Source: Candidatus Micrarchaeota archaeon (GTDB lineage Archaea; Micrarchaeota; Micrarchaeia; Norongarragalinales; SBBD01). Taken from it: a stretch of DNA of 64,000 bases. Numbering within the stretch: position 1 is the first letter of the stretch; every line of letters begins with the position of its first letter. The position numbers were made by a program, and so were the translations under genes. This document shows positions 46,406-57,200 of the stretch, in pieces. The notes beneath the pieces are model-generated. The model did not search any database, was not told where the DNA came from, and saw only the letters and a program-made list of their open reading frames with translations. The stretch is taken from the NCBI GenBank assembly GCA_018819225.1, contig JAHJQN010000004.1:194813-258812 (forward strand). Reading direction: 5' to 3'.

Positions 46406-47677
46406 ATGGCAGATAAACCGCATCTGAATCTCATTTTTACGGGTCACGTGGACCACGGTAAGTCGACGCTAGTCGGCCGCCTGTTGTACGATACAGGCGC
46501 ATTATCCGAGAACGACCTCCGCAAGCTTAAGGAGGAAGCCGAAAAAGTTGGAAAAGCGACTTTCGAATTCGCTTTCGCTATGGACCAACTCAAGGAAGAG
46601 CGCGAACGAGGCGTCACGATCGATATTGCGCACAAAGACTTTCACACGCAAAAGTACTACTTTACGATCATTGACGCGCCTGGACACAAGGACTTCGTCA
46701 AGAACATGATTACGGGGGCATCGCAAGCCGACGCAGCCGTACTCGTGTGTTCAGCGAAGGATGGGGTGCAGGCTCAAACCATCGAGCACGCGTTCTTGCT
46801 GAAAGTGTTAGGGGTACAACAATTCATCTTCGCGATCAACAAGATGGACGCCGTCAATTTTGATAGTGCAAAGTACGAGGAAACGAAGAACGCCTTGCAT
46901 ACAAAGCTCAAGCCCATGGGATACCCCGTGGACAAGATCGCCACCATTCCCGTGAGCGCGTATACGGGAGACAACGTGGCCAAGAGAAGCGAGAAAATGG
47001 CGTTTTATACGGGACCGACGTTCATCGAGGCGTTGGACGCGTTGAACATTCCCAAGAAGGCTACGGACAAGCCATTGCATCTCCCCATCCAGGAAGTGTT
47101 CACGATCACGGGACAAGGAACGGTTCCCGTCGGCCGCGTAGAATCCGGAATCATGAAACCCAACCAGAAAGTGATTATCATGCCGGAAGGCTCGATTGGG
47201 GAAGTGAAAAGCATTGAAATGCATCACCAGCAGCTCGAGCAAGCGGTTCCCGGAGACAACGTGGGATTCGCGTTGAAGGGAATTGACAAGAAAAGCATTC
47301 GGAGAGGCAGTGTCGTAGGCGAACCCGCGAACCCGCCGACCGTTGTCGAAGAGTTCACCGCTCAAATCGTGGTGTTAAACCATCCGACCGCAATCGGTAA
47401 GAACTACACGCCGGTATTCCACCTGCATACGGCTCAAGTAGCGTGCGCAATAACGGAGATCCTTGAAAAGAAGGATCCCAAGACCGGTCAAACCATGCAG
47501 AAGAATCCGGACTTCCTCAAGACCGGGGATGTAGCGATCGTCAAGATCAAGCCCTCGCGCGCCATCTCGTGCGAGAAGTACTCGGAATACCCTGCACTCG
47601 GCCGGTTCGCCATGCGCGACATGGGTCAAACCGTGGCCGCAGGAATTATTCTGGACGTGGTGCCTCGAAAAGCTTGA
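46406..47677 (+). CDS. tuf: translation elongation factor EF-1alpha
   Basis: [26 protein letters not shown] motifs. Confidence 0.95.
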   Translation: MADKPHLNLIFTGHVDHGKSTLVGRLLYDTGALSENDLRKLKEEAEKVGKATFEFAFAMDQLKEERERGVTIDIAHKDFHTQKYYFTIIDAPGHKDFVKNMITGASQADAAVLVCSAKDGVQAQTIEHAFLLKVLGVQQFIFAINKMDAVNFDSAKYEETKNALHTKLKPMGYPVDKIATIPVSAYTGDNVAKRSEKMAFYTGPTFIEALDALNIPKKATDKPLHLPIQEVFTITGQGTVPVGRVESGIMKPNQKVIIMPEGSIGEVKSIEMHHQQLEQAVPGDNVGFALKGIDKKSIRRGSVVGEPANPPTVVEEFTAQIVVLNHPTAIGKNYTPVFHLHTAQVACAITEILEKKDPKTGQTMQKNPDFLKTGDVAIVKIKPSRAISCEKYSEYPALGRFAMRDMGQTVAAGIILDVVPRKA

Positions 47678-47749
47678 TTCAGTAAGTGGATAGGGTCCTT
47701 CGTCTTTGCAAAGGGCCTCTTTCAACTTTTTTGGTTTTATGGGATCTTT

Positions 47750-48055
47750 ATGAACCGCGCTCGCATCAAACTCGAAAGCAAGGAATACACGGACTTGGAC
47801 GCGGTCTGCGTTCAAATCAAGGATATTGCCAGGAAAGCGGGCGTTGAGCTCAAGGGACCCATTCCACTGCCGACAAAAAAACTTCGCATCTCTACGCGGA
47901 AGACGCCGTGCGGGGATGGAAGCGACACGTACGAAAAGTGGGAAATGCGCGTGCACAAGCGCTTGATCGAGATCAAGGCAGACGACCGCGTGCTGCGCGA
48001 CATCATGCGCATCCGCATTCCTGATAGCGTCCACGTCGAAATGCTTCTAAACTAG
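47750..48055 (+). CDS. rps10: 30S ribosomal protein S10
   Basis: RIKLESKEYTDLDAVCVQIKDIARKAG...THKRLIEIKA typical S10; tuf-rps10 adjacency. Confidence 0.9.
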   Translation: MNRARIKLESKEYTDLDAVCVQIKDIARKAGVELKGPIPLPTKKLRISTRKTPCGDGSDTYEKWEMRVHKRLIEIKADDRVLRDIMRIRIPDSVHVEMLLN

Positions 48056-48060
48056 TTTAC

Positions 48061-48108
48061 GGGGGTAGAGGCGACCCGCGTAGGGGGTGGAACCCCCTGG
48101 AGGGGTCC
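48061..48108 (+). ncRNA. GC-rich structured element copy 2 (GGGGGTAGAGGCGACCCGCGTAGGGGGTGGAACCCCCTGGAGGGGTCC)
   Basis: Same architecture as 6305-6353; second hairpin AGGGGGT-GGA-ACCCCCT carries two compensatory pair changes relative to copy 1. Confidence 0.45.
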
Positions 48109-48114
48109 GCAGAT

Positions 48115-48168
48115 ATCATGCGCATCCGCATTCCTGATAGCGTCCACGTCGAAATGTTGCTTAACTGA
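48115..48168 (+). pseudogene. displaced duplicate of the S10 gene 3' end (last 17 codons + stop)
   Basis: 41 nt identical to 48003-48043, then ATG TTG CTT AAC TGA versus ATG CTT CTA AAC TAG: same peptide IMRIRIPDSVHVEMLLN* with synonymous changes only; out of frame with rps10. Confidence 0.7.
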
Positions 48169-48198
48169 TTCCGCTCAACGAATACGCTTTTCAACGAA

Positions 48199-48735
48199 CT
48201 ACTTCTTTTCGTTCATCAGCTTCTGGACGACATCATCCGACGTCGTGAAGCGGGCAAACTTTTCAGACTCCTTGACCTCCACGGCTTTCTTTCCCGCTTT
48301 TTTCTCGGGAGTCCTCGAGAAATAGAAGAGCAACGTTGCCGCGGAAACGGAGAACAATAGGAGTGAAAGCGTGAGGTTCAACTGGGCTTTCGAGCCCATT
48401 CCTAACGGTTCCTCCTCCTCACCCAAAATGTCATTTAACTGGGATTGCGCCTCCACGAGCTTGTCATACGCTTCCTGCTGTCGTCCCTGCGCTTTCAATA
48501 GTTTCGCGTGCGCCAGCAACACCTCCACTTCCGTTATTTGCTCGCCGCTATCTTTTGCCGCGCGTATAGCGGATTCGACTTCCACTTGCGTTTCCTGAAG
48601 CTCTTCAGCAGTCAACGCCCCCGTCAATGAAAGGCGACCTCCTCCAGGAGTTGCAATATACGCGTCATAGATCAAATAGAGTCCTGCAAATGAGGAGAGG
48701 AAGAAGAATATCAGCACGACGCTTTTGACGTTCAT
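48199..48735 (-). CDS. membrane protein with N- and C-terminal TM helices and coiled-coil/TPR-like middle
   Basis: Hydrophobic segments at residues ~6-24 and ~115-135; last gene of the giant-protein co-directional set. Confidence 0.45.
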   Translation of the reverse strand: MNVKSVVLIFFFLSSFAGLYLIYDAYIATPGGGRLSLTGALTAEELQETQVEVESAIRAAKDSGEQITEVEVLLAHAKLLKAQGRQQEAYDKLVEAQSQLNDILGEEEEPLGMGSKAQLNLTLSLLLFSVSAATLLFYFSRTPEKKAGKKAVEVKESEKFARFTTSDDVVQKLMNEKK

Positions 48736-48739
48736 GGCC

Positions 48740-49357
48740 TTACCCGCACTCGAGTGTTGAAATCATGTAGTCGGCTAGCTCCAAATCAGGGGCCAGCGGT
48801 TCAGAGATCGCTGCCGTGAACACGATCCAGTAGCTCGGGCACTCGTAAAACGCCTCTCTAACGAAAATAGTCTGGCCATCTACTGCTAGCTCGTCGTTTT
48901 CAATGGTAGTCATGTAGAGTTTGCGGCCGCGCTGTTCATATTCCGTCAATACGACGCCTTCACTTGTTGCTGACGCGCGAATCAATTGAGGAGTGAGTTC
49001 GTCTGGTCTCAAAATGCGTAGATCCATGATCTCGGATGAAAACGGGGGATAGAATGCCGCAATTCGCAAACGAATCGTGAATGCGGGTTCTAATTGAATG
49101 GAATACCCAACGGGATAACGAATGCGGTACCCGTAATCAGGATCGTAATAGGAAATGGTTTTTGATGCATATTTTTCATCCAGTTTCGGTAATTGTTCCA
49201 AACGCATCTCCTGAACAGACTCTGTGGCAACCGGAATGCGCTCCACCAGTTGTTGAGGAGCAGTATAAAGAGAGTAAGCAAAATAACCAAACACAATAAC
49301 CAACACAACCACTAGGAATACGTTCAAGAACGCTGAGGTTTTATGTTTCAAAGGCAT
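48740..49357 (-). CDS. N-terminally anchored membrane protein with extracytoplasmic domain
   Basis: TM FLNVFLVVVLVIVFGYFAYSL then 175-aa soluble domain; 4-nt gap to next gene. Confidence 0.45.
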   Translation of the reverse strand: MPLKHKTSAFLNVFLVVVLVIVFGYFAYSLYTAPQQLVERIPVATESVQEMRLEQLPKLDEKYASKTISYYDPDYGYRIRYPVGYSIQLEPAFTIRLRIAAFYPPFSSEIMDLRILRPDELTPQLIRASATSEGVVLTEYEQRGRKLYMTTIENDELAVDGQTIFVREAFYECPSYWIVFTAAISEPLAPDLELADYMISTLECG

Positions 49358-49405
49358 TTATGGATCCCTTATCGAAAAGTCATAATGTAATTGTTGGTAA
49401 TAAAA

Positions 49406-49681
49406 CTATCTTCTCACTTCAAACGAAGAAAAAGAACCCGTTGGTTCTGAATACGTCACGGAAGCATCTTGGACGTGCACGTAACCATCTTGAATCTTAA
49501 TCGCATCAACTAAATGCTTCAAAGCGTTTTCCTCTCCCTCCGCTTGGATTTCCACACGGCCGTCAGACAAATTCCTTACAAAACCTGCTACTGGAAAACG
49601 AGCTGCAATGCGTAAAACAGAATAACGATATCCAACTCCTTGAACGCTCCCCGAAACAATAACATGAACCGCTTTATTCAT
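49406..49681 (-). CDS. acyP: acylphosphatase
   Basis: VSGSVQGVGYRYSV...GFVRNLSDGRVEI acylphosphatase signatures. Confidence 0.8.
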   Translation of the reverse strand: MNKAVHVIVSGSVQGVGYRYSVLRIAARFPVAGFVRNLSDGRVEIQAEGEENALKHLVDAIKIQDGYVHVQDASVTYSEPTGSFSSFEVRR

Positions 49682-49692
49682 TTTCTCACGCG

Positions 49693-50496
49693 TTACTCAT
49701 GATGAACAGGGGGCATATGTTGTTGTAATAACCGCATTAATTCTTCATTCACTCCTCTTTGAATGCGCGCGGTCCCCCTTCCTTGCTGACGAGCCTCCTG
49801 ACTTGCCGCTAAATTTCCGATTTCATGCTGAGCCGTGTTCAATTGCTCTAACATTCTTTTAAGTACTCGATTGCGTTTATAAACTTCTAAAAACGATTGA
49901 CCCATCTCGACCCCGTGATTATTGATTATCGATCGTACGTTACGACGAACAGTAAAGAAATTGGTTTTACCCACAAAGGCGTTAACGAGATACGATTGGT
50001 TCTGGTGAGCACGACTTCTTACGGGACCCAAATCCGCTTGAACCGCTGCCTTGAACAAATCAGGATTTCTACGCAAATTTCCAGCGATTTCCGAATACTT
50101 GTCCACGATGCGCTGAACTTCCGTTAATTGGGTTCCTCGAAGTCCATGAAGTGCGCGTTGAAATTCAGCTGCGCGGGAAGCAAAATACTCGTAATCGCCT
50201 GCCGCCATTCGACTCGCCTCATTCACGTGATGCTCAGTACCAAACGTACGACCTAGACCTCGAAACATCTGGTTGTGAAGGGCTTGCCACTCTTCATTCG
50301 TGCTTGCTATGCTGTGCAAATCATGTTGAATGACGCTTCGGCGACGTCTCCCGAACCCGAAAAGCCTTCCGAGACGGCCAAAAACTCCCGTACGCGATTG
50401 CGGCACCTCCATTTCTTCCGTGTGCAACTTCAACCGCGTCGGTGGACGCGCCCCTTCTTCAAGGGGGCCATGATACTGGACCCGTGCTCTAGCCAT
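49693..50496 (-). CDS. hypothetical alpha-helical protein downstream of giant gene
   Basis: 267 aa, no TM, Arg/Gln-rich helical; 10-nt spacing to neighbours. Confidence 0.45.
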   Translation of the reverse strand: MARARVQYHGPLEEGARPPTRLKLHTEEMEVPQSRTGVFGRLGRLFGFGRRRRSVIQHDLHSIASTNEEWQALHNQMFRGLGRTFGTEHHVNEASRMAAGDYEYFASRAAEFQRALHGLRGTQLTEVQRIVDKYSEIAGNLRRNPDLFKAAVQADLGPVRSRAHQNQSYLVNAFVGKTNFFTVRRNVRSIINNHGVEMGQSFLEVYKRNRVLKRMLEQLNTAQHEIGNLAASQEARQQGRGTARIQRGVNEELMRLLQQHMPPVHHE

Positions 50497-50506
50497 ATCG
50501 AATCAC

Positions 50507-51190
50507 TTACGGAGCGGCCCCTCCTCCTGCAGGCGGAATTCTTCTAGAGCGTAGCTTCCGCATCCTTGAATCGCTTTGTTGGGCATATGCGCGAAGTAAA
50601 TCCAAAGCTTCTCGAGCAGCATGCCTTCTTGGAATTTCTGCGTTAATGCTTCGAGCCAGCAAATCAGGATTCTCAGTTAAAAATTTCTCTACCGTATGTC
50701 CGGAATATTCTTCACTTCGACCCGAATCCACCAATCGTTTAGCAATGGCATTGGCTCGGCTAGTAAATACCTGCTGAAAATGGCTATAACGAGTGGCCGG
50801 CAAACGTCGACTCACCATGACCTCGTGAAGTGCAGCTAAAGTTTCTCTACGCGGATCGCCGTGTCGAAGCTCATCACGCATACTCTCAATAGTCATATGA
50901 TCTCCCGCCACCCATGCACGCAGGACGTCCATGGTACGCCGCGTTTTTATCATATCTCGACGCGATCCAAAAACAGTTTCAACAACGGGCTCCAGATTCA
51001 TAGCTGGTTCTCGAGCAATTTTCTGAAGGACCGGTAATATCTGAGATTGATGCACAGTTGGATCCGTATTCAATAACTCTCTTGCTTCTTTAAAGGGATA
51101 AAGTGCTCTCCGTTTACCTCGTGCGCTTAGTTCTCCTTCCCGAGAGATCATTCGTTCACGCATTTGTTTCGGACCGGAAGGGGTCGCCAT
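50507..51190 (-). CDS. hypothetical alpha-helical protein immediately downstream of giant gene
   Basis: 227 aa, no TM, Arg-rich; 11 nt after giant-gene stop. Confidence 0.45.
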   Translation of the reverse strand: MATPSGPKQMRERMISREGELSARGKRRALYPFKEARELLNTDPTVHQSQILPVLQKIAREPAMNLEPVVETVFGSRRDMIKTRRTMDVLRAWVAGDHMTIESMRDELRHGDPRRETLAALHEVMVSRRLPATRYSHFQQVFTSRANAIAKRLVDSGRSEEYSGHTVEKFLTENPDLLARSINAEIPRRHAAREALDLLRAYAQQSDSRMRKLRSRRIPPAGGGAAP

Positions 51191-51201
51191 TCTACTTCAC
51201 C

Positions 51202-54200
51202 TCATGGTTCAATGGGAACTCCTGCGGATTGTCGCAGGGTGTTCAATGCTTCAGGATACTTCGTATCATCAAACTGTTTTTGCGCCACAGGAATCGCGTC
51301 TTCCACAGCCTGCGGGCATCCATCGTTGATACACCATTCGCGGAAACGCTTTAATAAAGCCTCCACTGCCTCTTTCGGCGATGCTGGAACCAAAGTCACT
51401 GCGTTCGTAACCGTTGCACCCGTGACCGTCGTGAAAACAGGTGAACGGAAGTCCAGTGGATCCGAGTAAGAATGAACAAGAGAAGGATCGGGAACAAACG
51501 AAGAGGCAACAGGAACATTAGGATCAAACATCGACGTAATGAAATAATCAGGGGACACTCCTTTGTTGAAAGAGGTCACTAAATTGTATTGAGGAATTCC
51601 GGCCAAAACCGTTCCTTCAGTAAGATAAAGGCACGCGTGTTCGGAATCCGGACACAATTCTTCCGTGTCCACCCGGTTCGCGCATTCATTCAAATCCTTT
51701 TCATTGCGGAAACAGTATTCTTTCATGGAAGCGGCTTGGCCTTCCTCATTATGGTATACGACGAGATGGTTCCCGAAACGGTAATCCAATTCAGCGCGCA
51801 CGGGACGCACTTCCGTGTAAAACAGCAAGGGCGCAACCAGTGATCCTATCAAGCTGATACCCCGGAAACTTTTCTTTGTAAACGACGACTCCTTAACTGC
51901 GTTCCCAACGGAGCGGAAACGTCCGGAGCGGGAACGAACCGCATCGAAATCATCGGCAAGCGTTTTGGATGCTTGTTCAACGGCATCGTCGAATTTAGTC
52001 AGGGTTCTAGCTTTCGTGGCGCGATCGCGTACGTGCTCAATGATTGCGCGTTCTTCCGTATTTGTCAATGCGCCACCCAAAGCATTCCGCAGTTTACCGT
52101 TCAATGAAGTGCGAACAAATCTGCCACTTCCGCCTTTGATTTCATTGACGGCCACTTCATCGTAATTGCGCAATACGTTTGCAAGTTCGTCGGGGGTGAG
52201 AATGCGTCTGAAATCGAGGTCAATAGGTCCTGCAGTTTGAGAATATAATTTCCATAATTCATCCGACACCGCTGACGGTCGGGCATCGCTCCTAAGGAAA
52301 GCAGATAACGTTTCCGATTTTCCATATAAATTATAATTTGGAGGCAGACGATTATTAATTAATTCATCCACTACTTTTTCTCGTATATTTGGATCCCTAT
52401 CAAGGGCGGTGAATAAACTTCTAATCTTGGTATTGAATTGATCTTGCGTCGGGGCTATTGTCCGAGATACGTCGGTGAGTTCATTATAGAGCGTCGTACG
52501 AGTTCCGGGTGCGGTAAGATCCACCCAGGCATTCATTCGCGCCCGTCCGTCCGCTCCAGAAAGGAGTTGAGTGAAATCATTGACGCTGCTTCTTGGCACA
52601 AGAGCAGTTTCTCCCGGGGTATGAATCAAGTTGACGAGCGCACGAGAAATCGTTGAGGAACTAATCGTGCCGCCGGCTGTTTGGGTATAACGAGTGACCA
52701 AAGCGTCCGCGAATTCAAGCGACATGCCTTGGTGCATGAAGTAATCGGTCATAAACGCTCGGCTGCCGAACGGACGGAATACTTTGGAAGCGCCCGCCAC
52801 AATGGGAACCGTAGCAGGAGTAATACCTGGTGCGAACTCGCTATCTAGGACCGTATTCGAGCCTCCGAGAATGGCACTTAATGCACCAGTAACCGCCAAA
52901 TTACCGATCAATTCATTACCTCCTCGACGTGCCACCTGACTGGCAAATGTACTAGAGAGTAAGCCGCTGGCTCCAGTTATTGAATTGACTCCAGGAACAG
53001 CACCGGTTGGAAGAACCAAGTTAAGATAGAAATCAGTTAGAGCAAATGTTTGGAACGAAATACATGCATTGATTCCTTCGCATATTCCGACGCGTGAAGG
53101 CGCAAGGGAATCAACGGCAATGGATGCGGTACAACCCGTGATTCCGGTAACCAAGCTGTAAACGCCCTGCGCAAGACGAGGGGCGAATACGGGAGCGGCA
53201 AAAATGCTTCCGACAATTGCGACTAATGCGCCCGGAGCACCAGCTAATAATAATGCACCGGTTGCTTTTCCTCCGTTTTCAATGCAGGCACCCGTATCTT
53301 CGAATGGAACCGCCTGTGATAAGGGGTAATCGTTGTATCCGTAAAGGGTGTTCAACAGCAAATCGGCGTGCCGTTCATCATCCGCGCTGGGCGCTTCGCG
53401 GTATGGACCAATAGAGAATATGCGGAATTTTTCAAAAAATCCAGTATCCCCTTCCCGTTTCTTATTGGTCCAAATAATGTGCGGATTCGGTTCTCTTCCA
53501 ATGATGACTTCCGGCGTGTCCGCGGTCAACAGGTTCGTGTTGTACAATTTTTCCTCGCATGCAAGAAAACGAGTTGGAGAAGGCAAAGAGCTGTCCACAT
53601 GCATTTCAATGAATGAAGATTTCAACCACTCCTCCTTATTAGGTCGTAGCTCACATAGACCCAGGCGCGCAGTTGCAATGTAAATACCGCATTGATCGGC
53701 AGTACCCGTTGCAGTATATTTGATTGATTTCTTGCCGCCGACAAAACCGAATTCACCTAAACCTTCTTGGAAAGCGGTTTGAAGATCGTTCAAATTGATT
53801 TTCGTGTTCGCCATTTGAACGACAACGCTTTTACGGTAATCGCGGTTGAATGCGCGAACAACGGGATCGGATGGATTGCAGAACTTATTGAGCTCTTCAT
53901 TGAATTTTTCGTCTTCTTGTGTATAGAAGGTTGTTATGAGTTGAGCCACTTGTGCTCCGAATCCCTTGAAAGCTGCTTTCGCCTCATCTGCAGTGCAGAA
54001 GTTTGTGGAACAGGGTATGACCGCGTCAGCCACTCGAATAATCCCTGACGGAACAACAGAAACTGGAGTGGTTGGAGCACTTGCAGGCGGAACAGATGGT
54101 GCAGAATGTGCCGGCACTGCTGGTGCGGGTGTTCCCGGGGGCACACCACTCGCAGGCGTTAATGATGGAGGCATAGCGGGTGGATCGCGGAGTATAAGAT

Positions 54201-57200
54201 CCCCAAGCGGTGTGCCGGAAAAGAGGTTTTTCATAGCAGGGTTCGCGGGATCGATTTCATACGATTCAACATTTACGAACTTGGAGTCCGTTTTTCCGTT
54301 GATGGATCCTTTGAACTTGATCTCCATGTATCCACTCCACGGGCGCAGAGACTCGCATTCTGAAATATAGCCTTCTCCGGCACGCAACGAAGTGGGAATG
54401 TCGCATCGTAAGAAACCGGTTCCGTTAGCGGAATAGGTTTGATAGTTAAGCGTCACCGACTCATCGAGATTGTTGGCCATGGAAATCCATCGCTTGTGAC
54501 CCAAATCCTTGAACACCAGTTTTTGGGGCGCCGTGGTTTTCACGTTTTGTTGCGAGCGGTCATAATTTACGTAGAAACCACCCAGCGCGTCTCGAAGTTG
54601 AGCGCGAAGAGAGCCTACGCACGAACCGGTTTTCTCGAAGGTGAGAATCAGTTTAGCGGGAACGAATTGCGCGCCGCTTCCCCGGTAATCATAAAATATT
54701 TTGACGTCGCCTTCCAAGGGACCGAGTTCATCCAACTTCTCTTGAGGCAACAAACAGCCATCATCATCCGTATACTGTTGAGGTACTTGAACCGAGAACA
54801 AGAATTGCTGCACCTGGCAAGCCGCATCCTCATTCTTATCCTGTTGGGCTTTACCCGCCAGAATCATGTGCGCGCCTTCATCCCAAGCGCTGGGTTTGCG
54901 AATCTTTCGAATCACGCCCTCCAACTCGGAACTAATGGACTCGCCAGAAAGCGCGTTACGGCTTTCCGCAGTCCAGCTCTTCTCGTCCTCATCACCGGAA
55001 ATATCCATGTAAACGCTTACTTCCGAAGGAGCGTCATTCAATACGCAGAATCCTTTCTCCACGATTCCTTCCACGTTCGAATCCGTGAACTCAAAGGTTT
55101 GCTCCTTGGGCTTGATGCGAATGGGCACGAAATTATCGGTAATCATGGCGAAGCCATCCGGATTGCGGGATGGACGCTCGCATAAAATCAAGGTAGTCTT
55201 CGAATCGGCGGGAACGGAGATCTGCTGGGGTTCGTCCTTCTCTTTCGGAAACGGATTCATGTCAGAGAACCAAATCTCTTTCACTTGAGGCAATTGATAA
55301 CTCGTTTCGCCGCGGACATTGATTTGTATTTCGCGGCACCCCTGCAAGTCAACGCGTTTCGTCATGCTATGGATTTCCGTGCTCACCTCCGGCGCGTCCT
55401 CAGGCAATAAGTATACGACGTCATCCGTGAACGTGGCGTGGAACTTGTATTTCTTGTCCGTATCCTGGCAGATGCGCGTCACGAACCGCGTGTCGACCGG
55501 AATGGAGAACGTGACCGCGTCTTCCGTTTCATCCGCTTTTTCGACGTCATCCGCCATCAAACGCATGCCATTGAATTCAAACAAATCATTCTCCGCGTTG
55601 TCTTCCATTGCGAGCTCCGTGCAAATGCTCAAGCGGTAAGACTGCATGATGTCGCCATTCTTTTCGAACGGTTCCTCAAGGAACTTGTCGAATGTTTCTT
55701 GCGGAACATTCACGTCCACATCATTCGGGAAGTGATGAAAAACAAAGTCAACGCCTTGCAAGCCCGCAAGGTCCTCATCGATCATGACGAACGTGATGGG
55801 AACATTGCGTTCCACGAACAAATCCTTGTACGGTTCAGCGGCTTGCAATACCGGTCGGAAGGGAAGCTCAACGTTGTAACTGTACGTCGTAACCGCGTTC
55901 TTGACCACGCGGGCGTTCACCGGAAAGTGCAAGACGACATCCTGCGGGAACGTGACCGTAAAGCGGTCCTCCCCGAAGCGTTGTTCCTCTTCCTGTAACA
56001 TGCTGTAATCGAATACGATGGACACGGATGGCGGTACTTTGAGGTCGCGGCGTTCGCCGAATTCCTCATCTTCAATCGAAGCGCCTTTGACGAGCATGCG
56101 TTGGTTGGACGGGAATTCTAACAGATGGCGGTCATCCTTTACGCTATAGCGCGCGTTGACGTTGAACGGCAACGTCATGTCGAAACCGACTGGCAAGCGC
56201 TTTTCATTACCCGTCATGCCAAAGTCAGGGCGACCGAAAATAATTTGAGTGAGAGGCATGACTTCGACCGTCCGGGAACCGTCCGGCGCTTTCAAGCCCG
56301 CACGAGCGACTCCGTTCAAGAAACTCATTTCCAGGTAATCCGTGGAAATGCTTTTCGCGCGCACGCCATCCGGAGCAATATTCAAGGATACTTCAGGGCC
56401 GTCGCGTACCAAGAATAGGACGCGGAAAGGCAGGCTCAGAACGATCTCGCCGTTATAGGTTCGTAATGCGAACGGCGATGGAATGCGCAAGGCACTACCG
56501 GCTGGAATCGTGACGCGTTTGAAATCACGCGCGTCCATTGAAATAATGGCATCGGAAGGCAACGAAATCGTGTTTCCGCTTTGGAATTGAAGGGCTTTTC
56601 CTCCGCTAAAACTGTCTTTCTTGACGCGAATGAATTCCTCGATGATGAACGTGGCTTCAACGGGGAACTCGACTTCTAAAGCGTCTTGAGAGGAAATGAT
56701 GGGCGTCAACGAAATCTGAATGGGTTGGTGCGCGTTGACGCGGACGCGGCGTTCTTCACCCGAATAGGGGCGATATTGAGTGGAACTCGTCGGGTACTTG
56801 ATGTCGAAATCGTTGATGGAAGCCGTTTCAAAAGCCCCTTCGCGAGCAAACTCGGTTTCCGTTGGGAAATCGAGGTATACGACGACGGGCAAGCGGAGTT
56901 CCCAACCGTATTGCATGAAGTTGCGCTGGTAAGGCGATAGGTAACTACGGTACGTATTGTAACCTTGCACGGGAATGCGTCGCGCATAGCGGGCGGGAAC
57001 TTCAAAGAAAGCGCCGGAAGGAATGACGGCCACTAGACTGCCGCCTCCTTGCTCGATGGAAAACGTGAAGGTGCTCGAGTAAGGCGAGGATTGTTGCAAA
57101 TCGTTGAGATCTCCCACGCGAACGTCTGCATCAAACAGCATGGTGTCCCCGCTCGGAAGCTCAATGAAAGTCGAGCCATCCGGATTAGTATGCGTAAGCG

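Noticed and set aside
46808-48034. Minus-strand ORFs of 185 and 219 aa
   Set aside because: Antisense to tuf and rps10.
48056-48170. Interpreting the rps10 3'-end duplication as an assembly artefact
   Set aside because: The two copies differ by specific synonymous substitutions and are separated by a unique structured 60-nt sequence. A collapse/expansion artefact would give identical copies. The arrangement still needs read-level confirmation.
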